Of a stretch of 50,400 bases of DNA, positions 1 to 9,665 are shown in pieces (the stretch's first letter is position 1; each line of letters begins with the position of its first letter). Made by a program: the position numbers and the translations under genes. This DNA comes from a virus (taxonomy: Duplodnaviria > Caudoviricetes): positions 1 to 50,400 of the IMG/VR virus record IMGVR_UViG_3300007734_000718; one strand, 5' to 3'. A model generated the notes under the pieces. That model was given only the letters and a program-made list of their open reading frames with translations, did not search any database and was not told the DNA's origin.

Positions 1-855
1 CTCAAGCAGCTGACCGAAACCGAGTATCGGTGGCTCGGGTTGGGCGATTGGGATGCCGGCGGAGGATCGTTCTACCCCGAACTTGGCGATTGGCAACGAT
101 TGCTGATTCCCGCCAGTCAAACGCCCGCCTTGTTGGATTGGTACGAGTATTGGGCGAGTTATGACTGGGGCTTTGTGCATCCCGCGTCGTTTACGCAGTA
201 TTGCCGCATCAAAGACACGGTGTATGTGCTGGATACCATGTCGATGCACCGCTATCAGGACGAAGAACAAGCCTCGGCTATCAAAAGCGCGGCAGAAGGG
301 CGGTGTTTACGGACGGTGTTTGCAGGGCATGATGCGTTTGCCAAACGGATGGCGCATAGTGCCGCCGCTGAAACCGTGGCGGATGTGTTTGGGCGGTATA
401 GCATCAACCTCGAGAAAGCCAACATTGATCGGGAAGCGGGCGCGAAGGTCTTGCGCCGGTTCTTTGCCAAACCTAAGCCTGGTCCTCAACCCAAGGGCGC
501 GATGAAGTTGGTCGTCGTGGATACCGTGGGCAATCGGGCAGCATTGATGGAGCTGGCTGCGCTGATCCCCGAAGCAACCCGCCCCAACGTGCCAGCCAAG
601 CGGGATGCCGACGAGAAGGGGCTGAATGGCGATGACTTAGCCGACGGCTGGCGGTACGGATTAGCCACGCCAAGCTTTGAACCGATGGAACCGTTGCCGG
701 TCTGGAAAGAAGGCAATGTGGACACGGGGGTTGACGGCAGACCCCCATGGGAACAAACATTCACCAAGACCACGGACACTGGACAAATCGATAAACGTCC
801 GTTTATCTTCCGCCCCGAGGGGCCTGATGGTGATTTTCCCGAGGACATGACATAA
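1..855 (+). CDS. terL: Terminase large subunit A, C-terminal nuclease domain (5'-truncated by window)
   Basis: Frame open from base 1. Motifs 'LGDWDAGGGSFYPE', 'WASYDWGFVHP' and 'DDLADGWRYGL' fit the RNase H-like TerL nuclease domain. Upstream of a portal gene. Confidence 0.8.
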   Translation, partial: LKQLTETEYRWLGLGDWDAGGGSFYPELGDWQRLLIPASQTPALLDWYEYWASYDWGFVHPASFTQYCRIKDTVYVLDTMSMHRYQDEEQASAIKSAAEGRCLRTVFAGHDAFAKRMAHSAAAETVADVFGRYSINLEKANIDREAGAKVLRRFFAKPKPGPQPKGAMKLVVVDTVGNRAALMELAALIPEATRPNVPAKRDADEKGLNGDDLADGWRYGLATPSFEPMEPLPVWKEGNVDTGVDGRPPWEQTFTKTTDTGQIDKRPFIFRPEGPDGDFPEDMT

Positions 856-1292
856 TGGGCTACGATCCTCGCACGGCTGGCAGATTCGCGTTCAATGCGC
901 GACGCGCAGCGCGTCCCTCCGCGCCCGCCGCATTGTTAGACGATGCCACAACGCTTGCCACGCAATCCGACAAAGCCTCGGTGTGCGCGGTATTGCTGGT
1001 GTCGTTTTCGGAAGATGACGGACCCGTGCCTGATGATTTTCGGGCTATCACCGACAAACGGGCGATCAAAAACTATGTGCGCCCCGATGGCGCCGTGTAT
1101 CGTGGCGCGTTCGAGTCGAACGGCGTCGATTGTGTGATGGTGTGGGGTGATCCCACGACACCAGAATCTGTCATCAAACGGGTGGCAGAGTTGGAACGTC
1201 CCGCGCTGCAACAACGCTATCGAGCGTGGAAGCTTGGGCCGTTCGCATTTACTCGTCCGTCCACTGTTTCCTCGGAGAAAGTTTCCTTATGA
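855..1292 (+). CDS. Hypothetical protein
   Basis: 145-aa ORF coupled to terL (TAATG overlap). Confidence 0.65.
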   Translation: MGYDPRTAGRFAFNARRAARPSAPAALLDDATTLATQSDKASVCAVLLVSFSEDDGPVPDDFRAITDKRAIKNYVRPDGAVYRGAFESNGVDCVMVWGDPTTPESVIKRVAELERPALQQRYRAWKLGPFAFTRPSTVSSEKVSL

Positions 1293-1612
1293 AGTTGACT
1301 GTTGCACACCGATTCGTTGCCCTCGGCTTGCTGCCGACGGAGGGATCGTTCGTTACGCTCCGCACCGTCCGTGATGCCCAGGCGGTGCTGGCGCCCTCGG
1401 CAGAGGAAGTCGAAAAGTTTCAGATTACGCAGGACGGCGAACAAGTGCGGTGGGTCGGTGACACGTCGGTTGATGTGCCGTTATCCGATGCTGTCGTCAA
1501 GTTGATTTGTGCCAAACTGAAAAGCCTTGATGAATCCAATGCGCTCAAGATGGAGCATTTGTCGCTCTACGATATGTTGACGAATACGTCTGACGCCACT
1601 ACGTCCGCCTAA
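1289..1612 (+). CDS. Hypothetical protein (MKLTVAHRF...)
   Basis: ATGA overlap with the previous gene; GGAG upstream; start moved to 1289. Confidence 0.7.
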   Translation: MKLTVAHRFVALGLLPTEGSFVTLRTVRDAQAVLAPSAEEVEKFQITQDGEQVRWVGDTSVDVPLSDAVVKLICAKLKSLDESNALKMEHLSLYDMLTNTSDATTSA

Positions 1613-1625
1613 TCTGGAGTATGCG

Positions 1626-1958
1626 ATGAAACAGATTTCCAAGAACCGCACAATGTCAACCGCCCCTACCCGCGAGTCTATCGTCAGTAAGTTGGCGATG
1701 GCTTCGGGCAGCAAGGGAAAAACTGGACCAGCGACTCCGACGCCGATGCGTCCGACCAGTATTCCTGCCCCTGCTGCCTCAAAGCGCCGTGCTGCCCCCA
1801 TGATGTCGACGAAAGGCGTCAACGAAGAAGTGGGCGAGCCGAAGATGTCCCGCAAAGCCGAATCGCAGGAAGAAGCAATGGAACTGAACCGCAAGGGATC
1901 CAGCGGTGGGAAAGGCGACGGCGGCGTGCATATCCATTTGCATATGGGTGGTTGGTAA
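1626..1958 (+). CDS. Basic low-complexity hypothetical protein
   Basis: GGAG RBS; K/S/P-rich; coupled to the next gene. Confidence 0.6.
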   Translation: MKQISKNRTMSTAPTRESIVSKLAMASGSKGKTGPATPTPMRPTSIPAPAASKRRAAPMMSTKGVNEEVGEPKMSRKAESQEEAMELNRKGSSGGKGDGGVHIHLHMGGW

Positions 1959-2215
1959 TGGCGGGCAAGGTGGGACGCCCGCGCAAAAACCCATTGCCTG
2001 ACGCCGTGGTGGAATCCACGGATGTCGTCGAGGTCGAGGAGCCGTCGTTCTACAAGACGCCCGACCCCGTGGTGTTTGCCGACGTGGGTGCGTTGATTCA
2101 GCGCGACAATGCCGGCGAACCGCGCAATGAACCGGTGCAGGAAGGCGCGAACTATATGTCCACGATTTACCAGAACGCATTGGCGGCGGTTGCCGCGCTC
2201 AAGGAGAGTGAATAA
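1958..2215 (+). CDS. Hypothetical protein with AT-hook-like GRPRK motif
   Basis: TAATG overlaps at both ends; 'KVGRPRKNP'. Confidence 0.6.
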   Translation: MAGKVGRPRKNPLPDAVVESTDVVEVEEPSFYKTPDPVVFADVGALIQRDNAGEPRNEPVQEGANYMSTIYQNALAAVAALKESE

Positions 2216-2622
2216 TGGCGCAGGCAATTGTGACCCTCGGCCCTGTGGTGAATACACAGTCCGATAAACTGCTGTACGGTCAGCCCGATTGGTCGATTGT
2301 CAACACTGGCACCAACGCATCTATTGCGTGCGTCTTGGCAGCGGTGACAAACGTCCAGCACTTCTGCACCGAGCTTGATGTGTCGTTTGCCACGGCGCCC
2401 AGTGCGGGCGGGGTAATGACCATCAAGGATGGCACCACGGTGATTTGGCAAGCCTCGTTCGGTGTGGGATCAGGACAGTTCTTTCACATTGACTTTGCGC
2501 GTCCGTTGCGTGCGACGAACAGCGCGGCATTGACCGCGACCGTTGATGCGGCTGGCTCAAGCGTGGCAGGCACGGTGACAATGATTGGGTTTTCCAGCGT
2601 GTCGATTACCTCGTTTACATGA
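2215..2622 (+). CDS. Putative beta-rich virion protein, paralog of 41325-41699
   Basis: AAGGAG RBS. WSIVNTGTNA / MTIKDGTTVIW / HIDFARPL align with WSVIATATNA / LTVNNGATAIY / NVELANPF in 41325-41699. Confidence 0.7.
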   Translation: MAQAIVTLGPVVNTQSDKLLYGQPDWSIVNTGTNASIACVLAAVTNVQHFCTELDVSFATAPSAGGVMTIKDGTTVIWQASFGVGSGQFFHIDFARPLRATNSAALTATVDAAGSSVAGTVTMIGFSSVSITSFT

Positions 2623-2981
2623 TGACGCTGTTGGTTTTTGCAAGCGTGTGCGCCATAGCCGTCTGTGGATTGGGCTATCGGTTTGCACTGCACGTCAGCC
2701 AGCAATGGGTGGCGTTACACTCGCGTCGGCTTGATTTGGATGAGCGCGTGATTGTGTTGCAAGAAGTCAAATCTCGACCGCAGCGGTCGCCGTCTATCCC
2801 GCCTGACTTGTTGCGACGTGTTACGCGCTGGGTGGATCCCGACGCGCAGGATGCGGAACGCAAGGCGATTTTGGATTTGTATGCGGAGTTTGCGGATGAC
2901 AGTGATCCGTGGGTCAAGGTGCGCCAGAACCTGTCTGCGGAACCCCGCGATGATACTTCCTCTGACATCTTTCTCCAGTGA
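2619..2981 (+). CDS. Predicted membrane-anchored protein upstream of portal A, paralog of 43590-43859
   Basis: Hydrophobic N-terminus. IPPDL...AQDAERKAILDLYAEF...WVKVR matches IPNDL...AQESVRDVIRDRYAEL..WNLVR. Confidence 0.65.
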   Translation: MMTLLVFASVCAIAVCGLGYRFALHVSQQWVALHSRRLDLDERVIVLQEVKSRPQRSPSIPPDLLRRVTRWVDPDAQDAERKAILDLYAEFADDSDPWVKVRQNLSAEPRDDTSSDIFLQ

Positions 2982-5443
2982 CCAGTCCGTTCCTGAATCC
3001 GTCGTATGACACGGGCAGTGGCACGCATCTCGTGCCTACGCCCGAAGGGTTGCTCGGCGGAGCGCAGAATATGCAAGCGTTGCCCCAGGAAACCGCAGGG
3101 TTGACGCCAGAAGCCGCCGAACTGCTTGCCCAGCAGCTCAAGGCGTTGCAACTCGAAGATATGGAAAAACGTCGGCGGGCGTTGCGTGCGATGTTCGGCG
3201 AAGATTTTCCGTTGGCTGAGGAAGCGGAACCCGACGATAATGCGTGGACGCGCTGGGCGGAGAATCGGTGGGAAATGCACCGCGCTGGCGTGTCGCAGAA
3301 CATCTTGTGGGCAGAGCGCAATCGGTTGTTCCGTGCGGGACAGCAGCATTTGTCGCCCTATGGCTCGTCGGGCGTGTGGCGTCCCGCGCCTGCACCCAAA
3401 GATGCCGTGCGGATTATTGACAACCGGATTCGTCCGTCGTTGTCGTGGGCGTTAGAAGTCTTAGCCGAGCAACGTCCCGGTTGGCGGTTTCAGCCTACCA
3501 ATACGGATGCCGATCGCCAGAAGAAAGCCGAAGCCCAGCAACGCGCCACGGAGTATCAGTATTCCGCGCAGAATATGCGGAAGATTATGGCAGAGATGGG
3601 GTTTTGGGCGCAAACCGATGGTGTGTCGTTTGCGATGACCTATTGGGATGCCGAGCGTGGTCCGTGGGAAGAACTGGAATCGGGCAAGTCCCCTGTTCCC
3701 CTTGGCGATTGCGGCACGCGGGTGTATCGCATTGAGCAAGTGCGCGTGTCGTCGGAAGCCACGGCGTCGGTCGCGCCGATGTATTGGATTTGCCGCGACA
3801 TTATGCCAAAGCAACAGGCGGTGTCGATGTATGGTCCCGACATTGTAGATGCGCCCGACCAGCAGTTGATGGCGCAACAGACCACACAGTTGTCGCAAAT
3901 CAATCAGTTTGCGTACACGCCGCTGTACCAGAACCAAGATACCGTCGCACGGTACACTTGCTATTGCGAAAAAAGCCAGTGGTTGCCAGAGGGCATGACC
4001 GTTATCATTGTGGGCAAGAAGGTGATTTACGGTCCTCGTGGATTGCTGATGGGGCGGGTGCCAATGGTGCGCCTGACGGACGGAAGCGAAGATCCCAACT
4101 TCTATCCGACACCCAAGATGAACACGTTGATTCCGCCGCAGATGCGGATCAACCAACTGTTGTCCAAGTGGTATGAGTCCATCCGCAAGAACTCTGGTGG
4201 ACGGTATGCGACCAAGACGGGTGCGGTCAGCGCAGAAACGCTGATTGGTGGCGAAGTCTCAATGCTGGAAGTGCGGACTACGGGCGACATCCGTGAGTCG
4301 CTGATGCCTGTGCAAGGGTTTTCGGTCGGCAGCGACATCAAAGAAGCCCTCCGCAACGAAATCAAGATTATTGAAGATCAAACGGGCTACAACGACCAAG
4401 CGCGGGGACAGTTTACCAGCGACCAGTCGGGGCGTGCCATCCTCGCCATCCGCGAGCAGTTAGAGCGCGTGTTTGCCCCATTTGTCGGCGCGATGTCCGA
4501 TGCCATGACCGAATGGGCAAAGCAGACCATTGGGTGGATGCGCTTTGGCTATCGGATGCCGCGTCAAGTGGCAGTCATGGGCAATGACCGCTCCGACCTT
4601 GCCGTGGCGCTATCCACCGAAACGCTCGACGGCGTAGTGGACATTAGCGTGGACCCCGAAACGTTGGTGCCGCAGCCGAAGGCGCTCAAGCAGTGGATTC
4701 TGGACAACGCCTACGACCGCAAGCTGTTGACCAAAGAACAGTGGCTCGACCGTTCCCCGATTGGGGATGTGCGCGATATGCAATCGCCCGACAAGGTGCA
4801 ATATGACAAGGGGATGCGCGTGGTCGAGCAGATTCTGCTGGGACAGCCGCAGGAACCCCTTGTGTGGCAGGATAACGAGTCGATTCAACAGTCCGTGTTG
4901 GATAAGGAGTTGATCCTCAATGGACAAACCGACCAACGGGTACGGGCGGATGCGCAAAAGCGGTGGCAAGCACTGGCGCAACAGGCCCAGAAAAAGGCTG
5001 CCCCGCCGAAGATTGACCCCAACTCCCCGGCTGGGAAATACAACGATTTCTTGCAAAAGATTCAGAACCAGGCGGTAGCAACGGCGGAAAGCGTGATTGT
5101 CAGCGCCATAGATGCGGTGGACTACGCCAATGCCGAACACGCCGCATTGATGGCGGCGTCTGGTATGACCCCGCCCAACGGTCCTCAAGGCCCCGCTGGC
5201 GGCCCGCCGATGGGGGGACCCCCAATGGGTGGTGCGCCCCGTCCAATGGCTCCACAGGGCGGGCAGGGGCTTCCTCAAGGGCGTGGGATGGTCAAAGGCA
5301 ATCCCCAAGATGCTCGCGTCGCCCCCATCTTTGGCGGGGGAGTGACGCCCTCAGTCGCGGCTGCACCGGTAGACTTTGCAAACGGTGCTGCATCCCGCGA
5401 TCTCATCCGTGCGGCGGGGTATTCACCCCCTGCCCCACAATAG
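2978..5443 (+). CDS. Portal protein A (P22-like podovirus type, P/G-rich C-terminal tail)
   Basis: 821 aa; lies between terL and scaffold/capsid. 'SGRAILAIREQ' fits the SG.AI motif of P22-like portals. Clear paralog at 45054-47282. Confidence 0.85.
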   Translation: MTSPFLNPSYDTGSGTHLVPTPEGLLGGAQNMQALPQETAGLTPEAAELLAQQLKALQLEDMEKRRRALRAMFGEDFPLAEEAEPDDNAWTRWAENRWEMHRAGVSQNILWAERNRLFRAGQQHLSPYGSSGVWRPAPAPKDAVRIIDNRIRPSLSWALEVLAEQRPGWRFQPTNTDADRQKKAEAQQRATEYQYSAQNMRKIMAEMGFWAQTDGVSFAMTYWDAERGPWEELESGKSPVPLGDCGTRVYRIEQVRVSSEATASVAPMYWICRDIMPKQQAVSMYGPDIVDAPDQQLMAQQTTQLSQINQFAYTPLYQNQDTVARYTCYCEKSQWLPEGMTVIIVGKKVIYGPRGLLMGRVPMVRLTDGSEDPNFYPTPKMNTLIPPQMRINQLLSKWYESIRKNSGGRYATKTGAVSAETLIGGEVSMLEVRTTGDIRESLMPVQGFSVGSDIKEALRNEIKIIEDQTGYNDQARGQFTSDQSGRAILAIREQLERVFAPFVGAMSDAMTEWAKQTIGWMRFGYRMPRQVAVMGNDRSDLAVALSTETLDGVVDISVDPETLVPQPKALKQWILDNAYDRKLLTKEQWLDRSPIGDVRDMQSPDKVQYDKGMRVVEQILLGQPQEPLVWQDNESIQQSVLDKELILNGQTDQRVRADAQKRWQALAQQAQKKAAPPKIDPNSPAGKYNDFLQKIQNQAVATAESVIVSAIDAVDYANAEHAALMAASGMTPPNGPQGPAGGPPMGGPPMGGAPRPMAPQGGQGLPQGRGMVKGNPQDARVAPIFGGGVTPSVAAAPVDFANGAASRDLIRAAGYSPPAPQ

Positions 5444-5452
5444 GAGTTTTGT

Positions 5453-6667
5453 ATGACCGCACCCGCTGTGTCCGCTCCAAGCGCTCCGGCTTCGGCACCG
5501 AGCGCCCCCACGTCCGTCCCGACGGCACCGCTGTCTGCGCCCAGCCCGACGCAACCGGGCATGGTCCCTGGCTCCGTGCGCGAAGCGATTGCGCGGGTGG
5601 CCAACAAAACCAGCGTCGGTCCCGATGCGCCGGCGGCGGCAGAACCGTCCGTCAAGTTTGTGCGCGATCAGGACGCGCCCGCGCCTGAGCAAGCACCAGT
5701 GCAAGAGGCGTTCTCCGATACGCTCGATGTGGCGGATGACCAAGGCGGCATGGCCAACCTCGGGTCGGAATCCGATGGACAGGTGCCGGATAGCAACTCC
5801 GTGGCGGAACCCGTCAGCGAAATGTCGATGGAGGATGGCAGCATCATCCTGCGGGCGGAGCGCAATGCCGACGGGACGTACAAAACCAAGATGGACCCGA
5901 AAGCCAAGTTGGAACTGATTATCAAAGACCCCGAGACTGGCGAAAATCGGGTGTACCATAAGACGTTGCCCGAACTGACGCGCATGGCGCGGGATGGCAT
6001 TTGGGGGCAGAAAGTGCGCGGCGAAGTCAGCTATTACCGCGATAACCTGCCGGCGTGGCAACAGCAGCACCAAGACTTGCAAGCCAATCACCAGACCACC
6101 GCCGAGTTGGCGCGTGAGCTGTTGACGGCTTCCGAGGAAGTGGTGATTGCGCGGCGGGAGGAGTTTGCCGCCAGTCAGAGTCCCGAACGGCGGCTGGCCG
6201 AACTGGAACACCAGTTGCGGCAGAAGGCCGAGCAACAAATGCAGGTACAGCAGCAACAGCAGCAAGCCGCCCAAGCGAACGCTTTCCTGACATCCCGCAT
6301 TGCGCCGGTTGTCACACAGGCAGAGCAGACGCTTGGCGTGGATCGTGTGGCAGGAAAGATTGCGCGGGACACGATGGCGTTGACGGTCAACGGCAAGATT
6401 CCCCCGCAGAACTGGCAGAAACTTGATAGCTATTTCCAAAATCACTTCGCCCAATGGGCCAAGCAAGAGATTGGAAAGGTACAGCGGCAATCCAAGCAGC
6501 AAGATGAAGCGGTACGCAGGTCGCAGGCCGTCGTCAACAATGCCACGCGGGCGATTGCCCCCGTTGGCCGTGCTGCCGCCGACACGCCTCCCAAGCAGGC
6601 CGCGCCGACCAATGTTCGGAACGCGATTGACCGATTGGTCAACCGTCCGTTACCGAGTGGCTTCTAG
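5453..6667 (+). CDS. Scaffolding protein A
   Basis: AGGAG RBS; low-complexity acidic N-terminus and Q/E-rich coiled coil; between portal and capsid; paralog at 47322. Confidence 0.75.
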   Translation: MTAPAVSAPSAPASAPSAPTSVPTAPLSAPSPTQPGMVPGSVREAIARVANKTSVGPDAPAAAEPSVKFVRDQDAPAPEQAPVQEAFSDTLDVADDQGGMANLGSESDGQVPDSNSVAEPVSEMSMEDGSIILRAERNADGTYKTKMDPKAKLELIIKDPETGENRVYHKTLPELTRMARDGIWGQKVRGEVSYYRDNLPAWQQQHQDLQANHQTTAELARELLTASEEVVIARREEFAASQSPERRLAELEHQLRQKAEQQMQVQQQQQQAAQANAFLTSRIAPVVTQAEQTLGVDRVAGKIARDTMALTVNGKIPPQNWQKLDSYFQNHFAQWAKQEIGKVQRQSKQQDEAVRRSQAVVNNATRAIAPVGRAAADTPPKQAAPTNVRNAIDRLVNRPLPSGF

Positions 6668-7254
6668 GTGGGCAGAGCGGCAAGGGCTTTGGCCTTCTGC
6701 CGCTCGCGGTATCGTCGTGTTGCCTCTTTTGCCTTGTCGCGATACGCTTCACGATATGCCGCACAATGTTCGGAGTTTTTGTCTCGATATTGTTGCATAG
6801 CTTTTCGTTGATACGATCGAGTTTTTTCTGGATTCTTTGACCGGTATTGTGCTTGACGAATCGCACCGCATTGTTTGCAAAATCGTCGCCCCGATTCAAG
6901 TCGCGGCGCACTCAGGTTATCGCCACTCAAGGGATGCCCGCGCTTACAATGGGTTTTGTTCAGCATCGACATTCGGTCAACCCGCCGATGTTCTGCATCT
7001 GTGACAGCAATCAAATGGTGCGGATTGCAACACCGTTTGTTTTCGCAGATGTGGTGCAGGTGGTGGTTTTCTGGGATAGGCCCGACGTACAACTCGTAGG
7101 CCAACCGATGCGCTCGGGTGGACGTTCGCGGTTTCAAGGTCAATTGTCCGTATCCTCGGTTCAATGCGCCGATAAAGTTCCAGCATTGAGTCACGGGATC
7201 ATGGCAAATCTTGGAAATCAGCCGCTCTTTGGCGGTCATCCGATGGTGTGTCAT
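6664..7254 (-). CDS. HNH homing endonuclease, antisense insertion between scaffold and capsid
   Basis: 'CW.F.G...GYG', 'AHRLAYELYVGPIP', 'HHICENKRCCNPHHL' (HNH_3-like) and the 'KTHCKRGH...RFCKQC' zinc knuckle. Start at 7254 or 7239. Confidence 0.9.
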   Translation of the reverse strand: MTHHRMTAKERLISKICHDPVTQCWNFIGALNRGYGQLTLKPRTSTRAHRLAYELYVGPIPENHHLHHICENKRCCNPHHLIAVTDAEHRRVDRMSMLNKTHCKRGHPLSGDNLSAPRLESGRRFCKQCGAIRQAQYRSKNPEKTRSYQRKAMQQYRDKNSEHCAAYREAYRDKAKEATRRYRERQKAKALAALPT

Positions 7255-7299
7255 ACCAAGAATATACACTGAATGTGTGAATAACACAAGGACGGCTTT

Positions 7300-8622
7300 C
7301 TGGCCCAGAATACGACGTACATTACGGAAACCGAACTGACGGGTGATCTGAAGAATCTCTATACAGACATCCGTCAGGAACTGGTTCCGATCATCACGCC
7401 GCTGGTGGCGTCGATGCAGAAGATTGGCCCGTCTGGCGGTGGTCGCGTCCAGTGGGGCGGCAACAACCTGTATTTCGACACGGTGGTGAATCCTGAGGTG
7501 AACTGGTCGTTTAGCACGACCGGTCAGCTTCCGTATTCGACCGACGCGCAGGAAGTGCAGGGCAACGTGGGCATCTCGCGGTTCTATGTGACTCGTCAGT
7601 TTGACAACCTTGCCATCGTGGGTACGCAGTCCAAGCAGGCCGCTTTCGTGTCGCTCCGCGAGAAGATTACTCGCGCCTTCGCGCAGGCGCTCCAGCTGGG
7701 CATGGAAGAAGCATTGCAGGGCAACGGCACGGGCGTGCGTGCGGTCATTGCGACTGCCTCGACGACCGTCAGCATTGTGGTCAATGCCCCCTACGGCATC
7801 TCGGGCGCAGGCCCAGGCGGCTTGTGGGTGCAGCCCAATATGTACATTACCGTCTATGATGCGACGGGCGTGACCAACCGTGGCACCGCCAAGATTTCGG
7901 CGGTCTCCAACGTGTTGACCACGGCGACGGGTGTGGCAACCGTAACGCTGGCAACGGGCATCACCGCTATGGCGGCGACCGACATCATTGTGCAGGCCAA
8001 CCTGTCGGGTGATGCGCTGAACGCCTATTGCAACGGACTGGTGAACATCACCAACCGTGGCTCGGCGTACACCACGCTCCACGCCATCAGCGCGGCGACC
8101 TACAGCCGTTGGGATGCGCTCAAGTTCACCGCTGGCACGCAGGTTGGCACCACGCCGCAGGAAATGGACATCTGGTCGCTGGCGACCTTGCTGTTCACGC
8201 GCTCCGGCTTCAATGCCACGCTGAATCCGAAGGAGTACATGATTGTCACGACCTTCGGCGTTGGCAAGCAGTTGATCCAGAGCGTCCTCGGCCAGCGCAC
8301 GATGCCGACCACACCGGGCGGCAAGATTGGCCTGCCGGGTGGCTACGAGGTGGATACCATCCTTGGCATCCCGATTGTCATGGATCCGTATTGCCCGCTT
8401 GGCACCGTGTACCTGCTTCACCTTCCGTCGCTTCAGTGGGTCGATGCGATGGATTGGTCGCCGGTGCAGTACGAGAACTCGGGTGCGGTCCGCTTTGTGG
8501 ATGGCGCGGACGCCTTCAACACCTCGTACAAGCAGTATTTCAACGTGATGACCCGTCAGCGCAATGCGCTCGCGTCCATCACGGGCTACACGGACACGCA
8601 GGGCTTCAACTGGGTTGTCTAG
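7300..8622 (+). CDS. Major capsid protein A, probable CTG start
   Basis: Co-linear paralog of 48456-49784. Homology extends upstream of the GTG at 7405 (ITETELTGDLKNLY vs ISDSDLSGLLKNLY). In-frame TAA at 7282-7284; AAGGA 7 nt before CTG at 7300. Confidence 0.85.
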   Translation: MAQNTTYITETELTGDLKNLYTDIRQELVPIITPLVASMQKIGPSGGGRVQWGGNNLYFDTVVNPEVNWSFSTTGQLPYSTDAQEVQGNVGISRFYVTRQFDNLAIVGTQSKQAAFVSLREKITRAFAQALQLGMEEALQGNGTGVRAVIATASTTVSIVVNAPYGISGAGPGGLWVQPNMYITVYDATGVTNRGTAKISAVSNVLTTATGVATVTLATGITAMAATDIIVQANLSGDALNAYCNGLVNITNRGSAYTTLHAISAATYSRWDALKFTAGTQVGTTPQEMDIWSLATLLFTRSGFNATLNPKEYMIVTTFGVGKQLIQSVLGQRTMPTTPGGKIGLPGGYEVDTILGIPIVMDPYCPLGTVYLLHLPSLQWVDAMDWSPVQYENSGAVRFVDGADAFNTSYKQYFNVMTRQRNALASITGYTDTQGFNWVV

Positions 8623-8629
8623 TGACTAA

Positions 8630-8666
8630 CGGGGAGGGGGTGATACTTCCTTCACCTTCTCCCCAT
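8630..8666 (+). terminator. Stem-loop after capsid A (terminator/attenuator or processing site)
   Basis: GGGGAGGGGGTGA...TCACCTTCTCCCC hairpin; an equivalent hairpin follows capsid B. No clear poly-U tail. Confidence 0.5.
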
Positions 8667-8698
8667 TCGTCGTCATCATATCTATGGAGACTTAGACA

Positions 8699-9163
8699 AT
8701 GCCCAATGGACTTGCCCCATGGCCGTATAACTTTGAGCCAGTACCGCCGAACACCCTGCAAACAAACTTCCAGACCCTCCACGCCTCGTTGGGTGGCACT
8801 GGGCAGACGTTTACGGGAACGGCGACCACACCGGTGTATGTGTCCATCCCGCGCACGCGCACATTCTATGTGATGGCGGCGAACATTCAGGGTGGCACCG
8901 CAGCGGCAGGCTCGGGTGCGATTACTGCCCAGCTAATCCGTTACAACAGCGTCACCGCCGCCGATGTGGCGCTGACCGCTGCGTATGACCTGACCACCGC
9001 GATTGCGGCGGCTGGGACGAATGTCAACATCCCGATTACCGCCACGGACAGCAATGCCGTGTGTGTGCCAGGCGATACGTTGCGCTGGGCGGTGGTAGCG
9101 GCTGGCACGATTACGACCCAGCCAAAGACGGTAACGTCGGTTGAAGCATCGGTGATGGCGTAA
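8699..9163 (+). CDS. Putative capsid decoration/cement protein A
   Basis: GGAG RBS; T/A-rich beta protein directly after the capsid gene. Paralog at 49855-50310 (GDTLRWAVVAAGTITTQP vs GDILRVDVVAAGTVSTQP). Confidence 0.65.
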   Translation: MPNGLAPWPYNFEPVPPNTLQTNFQTLHASLGGTGQTFTGTATTPVYVSIPRTRTFYVMAANIQGGTAAAGSGAITAQLIRYNSVTAADVALTAAYDLTTAIAAAGTNVNIPITATDSNAVCVPGDTLRWAVVAAGTITTQPKTVTSVEASVMA

Positions 9164-9164
9164 G

Positions 9165-9665
9165 ATGGCGAACGCCTCGTTGCTGGTTTCGCTACGGGGC
9201 GACCCCGTGCCACCACAGTCCGTGGTGGCGCGGCTTCGCGCCTTGACGGGGGAGAAAGTCAAGATTGAATGGGTGGCAGGCGCCCATGTCCCCTACTGGG
9301 GCTACAAAAAGCGGTGGGACGAGGGCGACCCGCGCTGGCAAAACGTGCGGTCGGGACAGATGCCGACCGAAGCCGCCTATGATCTAGAAATGATGTTTCC
9401 GCAGGATTGTTCCGTGCAAGACCTTGCCGCCTATGTGGAATCGCGGTATTCGGACACTCGCCATCGGTCGTCATCCCCTAGTCAGGATGCGGAGAAGATG
9501 GTGGAGGATGCCAAGCGTCGCATGGACCAGACGCGGGAATCGCAGGTCATGACCGCCACCACCAATAGCTTGGAACGCCACGAACGGGAAAGCCGTCATG
9601 CGTTGCGGGTACGGGCGGGGGCGGAACGCGCTCATCCGATGGTCAAGGGAGGGTTTGGACCGTGA
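9165..9665 (+). CDS. Hypothetical head-associated protein A
   Basis: GDPVPPQSVVARLRAL matches GTPEPPSDLLARLRRV of the ORF starting at 50313. Confidence 0.7.
   Translation: MANASLLVSLRGDPVPPQSVVARLRALTGEKVKIEWVAGAHVPYWGYKKRWDEGDPRWQNVRSGQMPTEAAYDLEMMFPQDCSVQDLAAYVESRYSDTRHRSSSPSQDAEKMVEDAKRRMDQTRESQVMTATTNSLERHERESRHALRVRAGAERAHPMVKGGFGP

Noticed and set aside
6664-8421. 585-aa minus-strand ORF
   Set aside because: Only the last ~195 aa are HNH-like. The rest is the antisense shadow of the codon-biased capsid gene.
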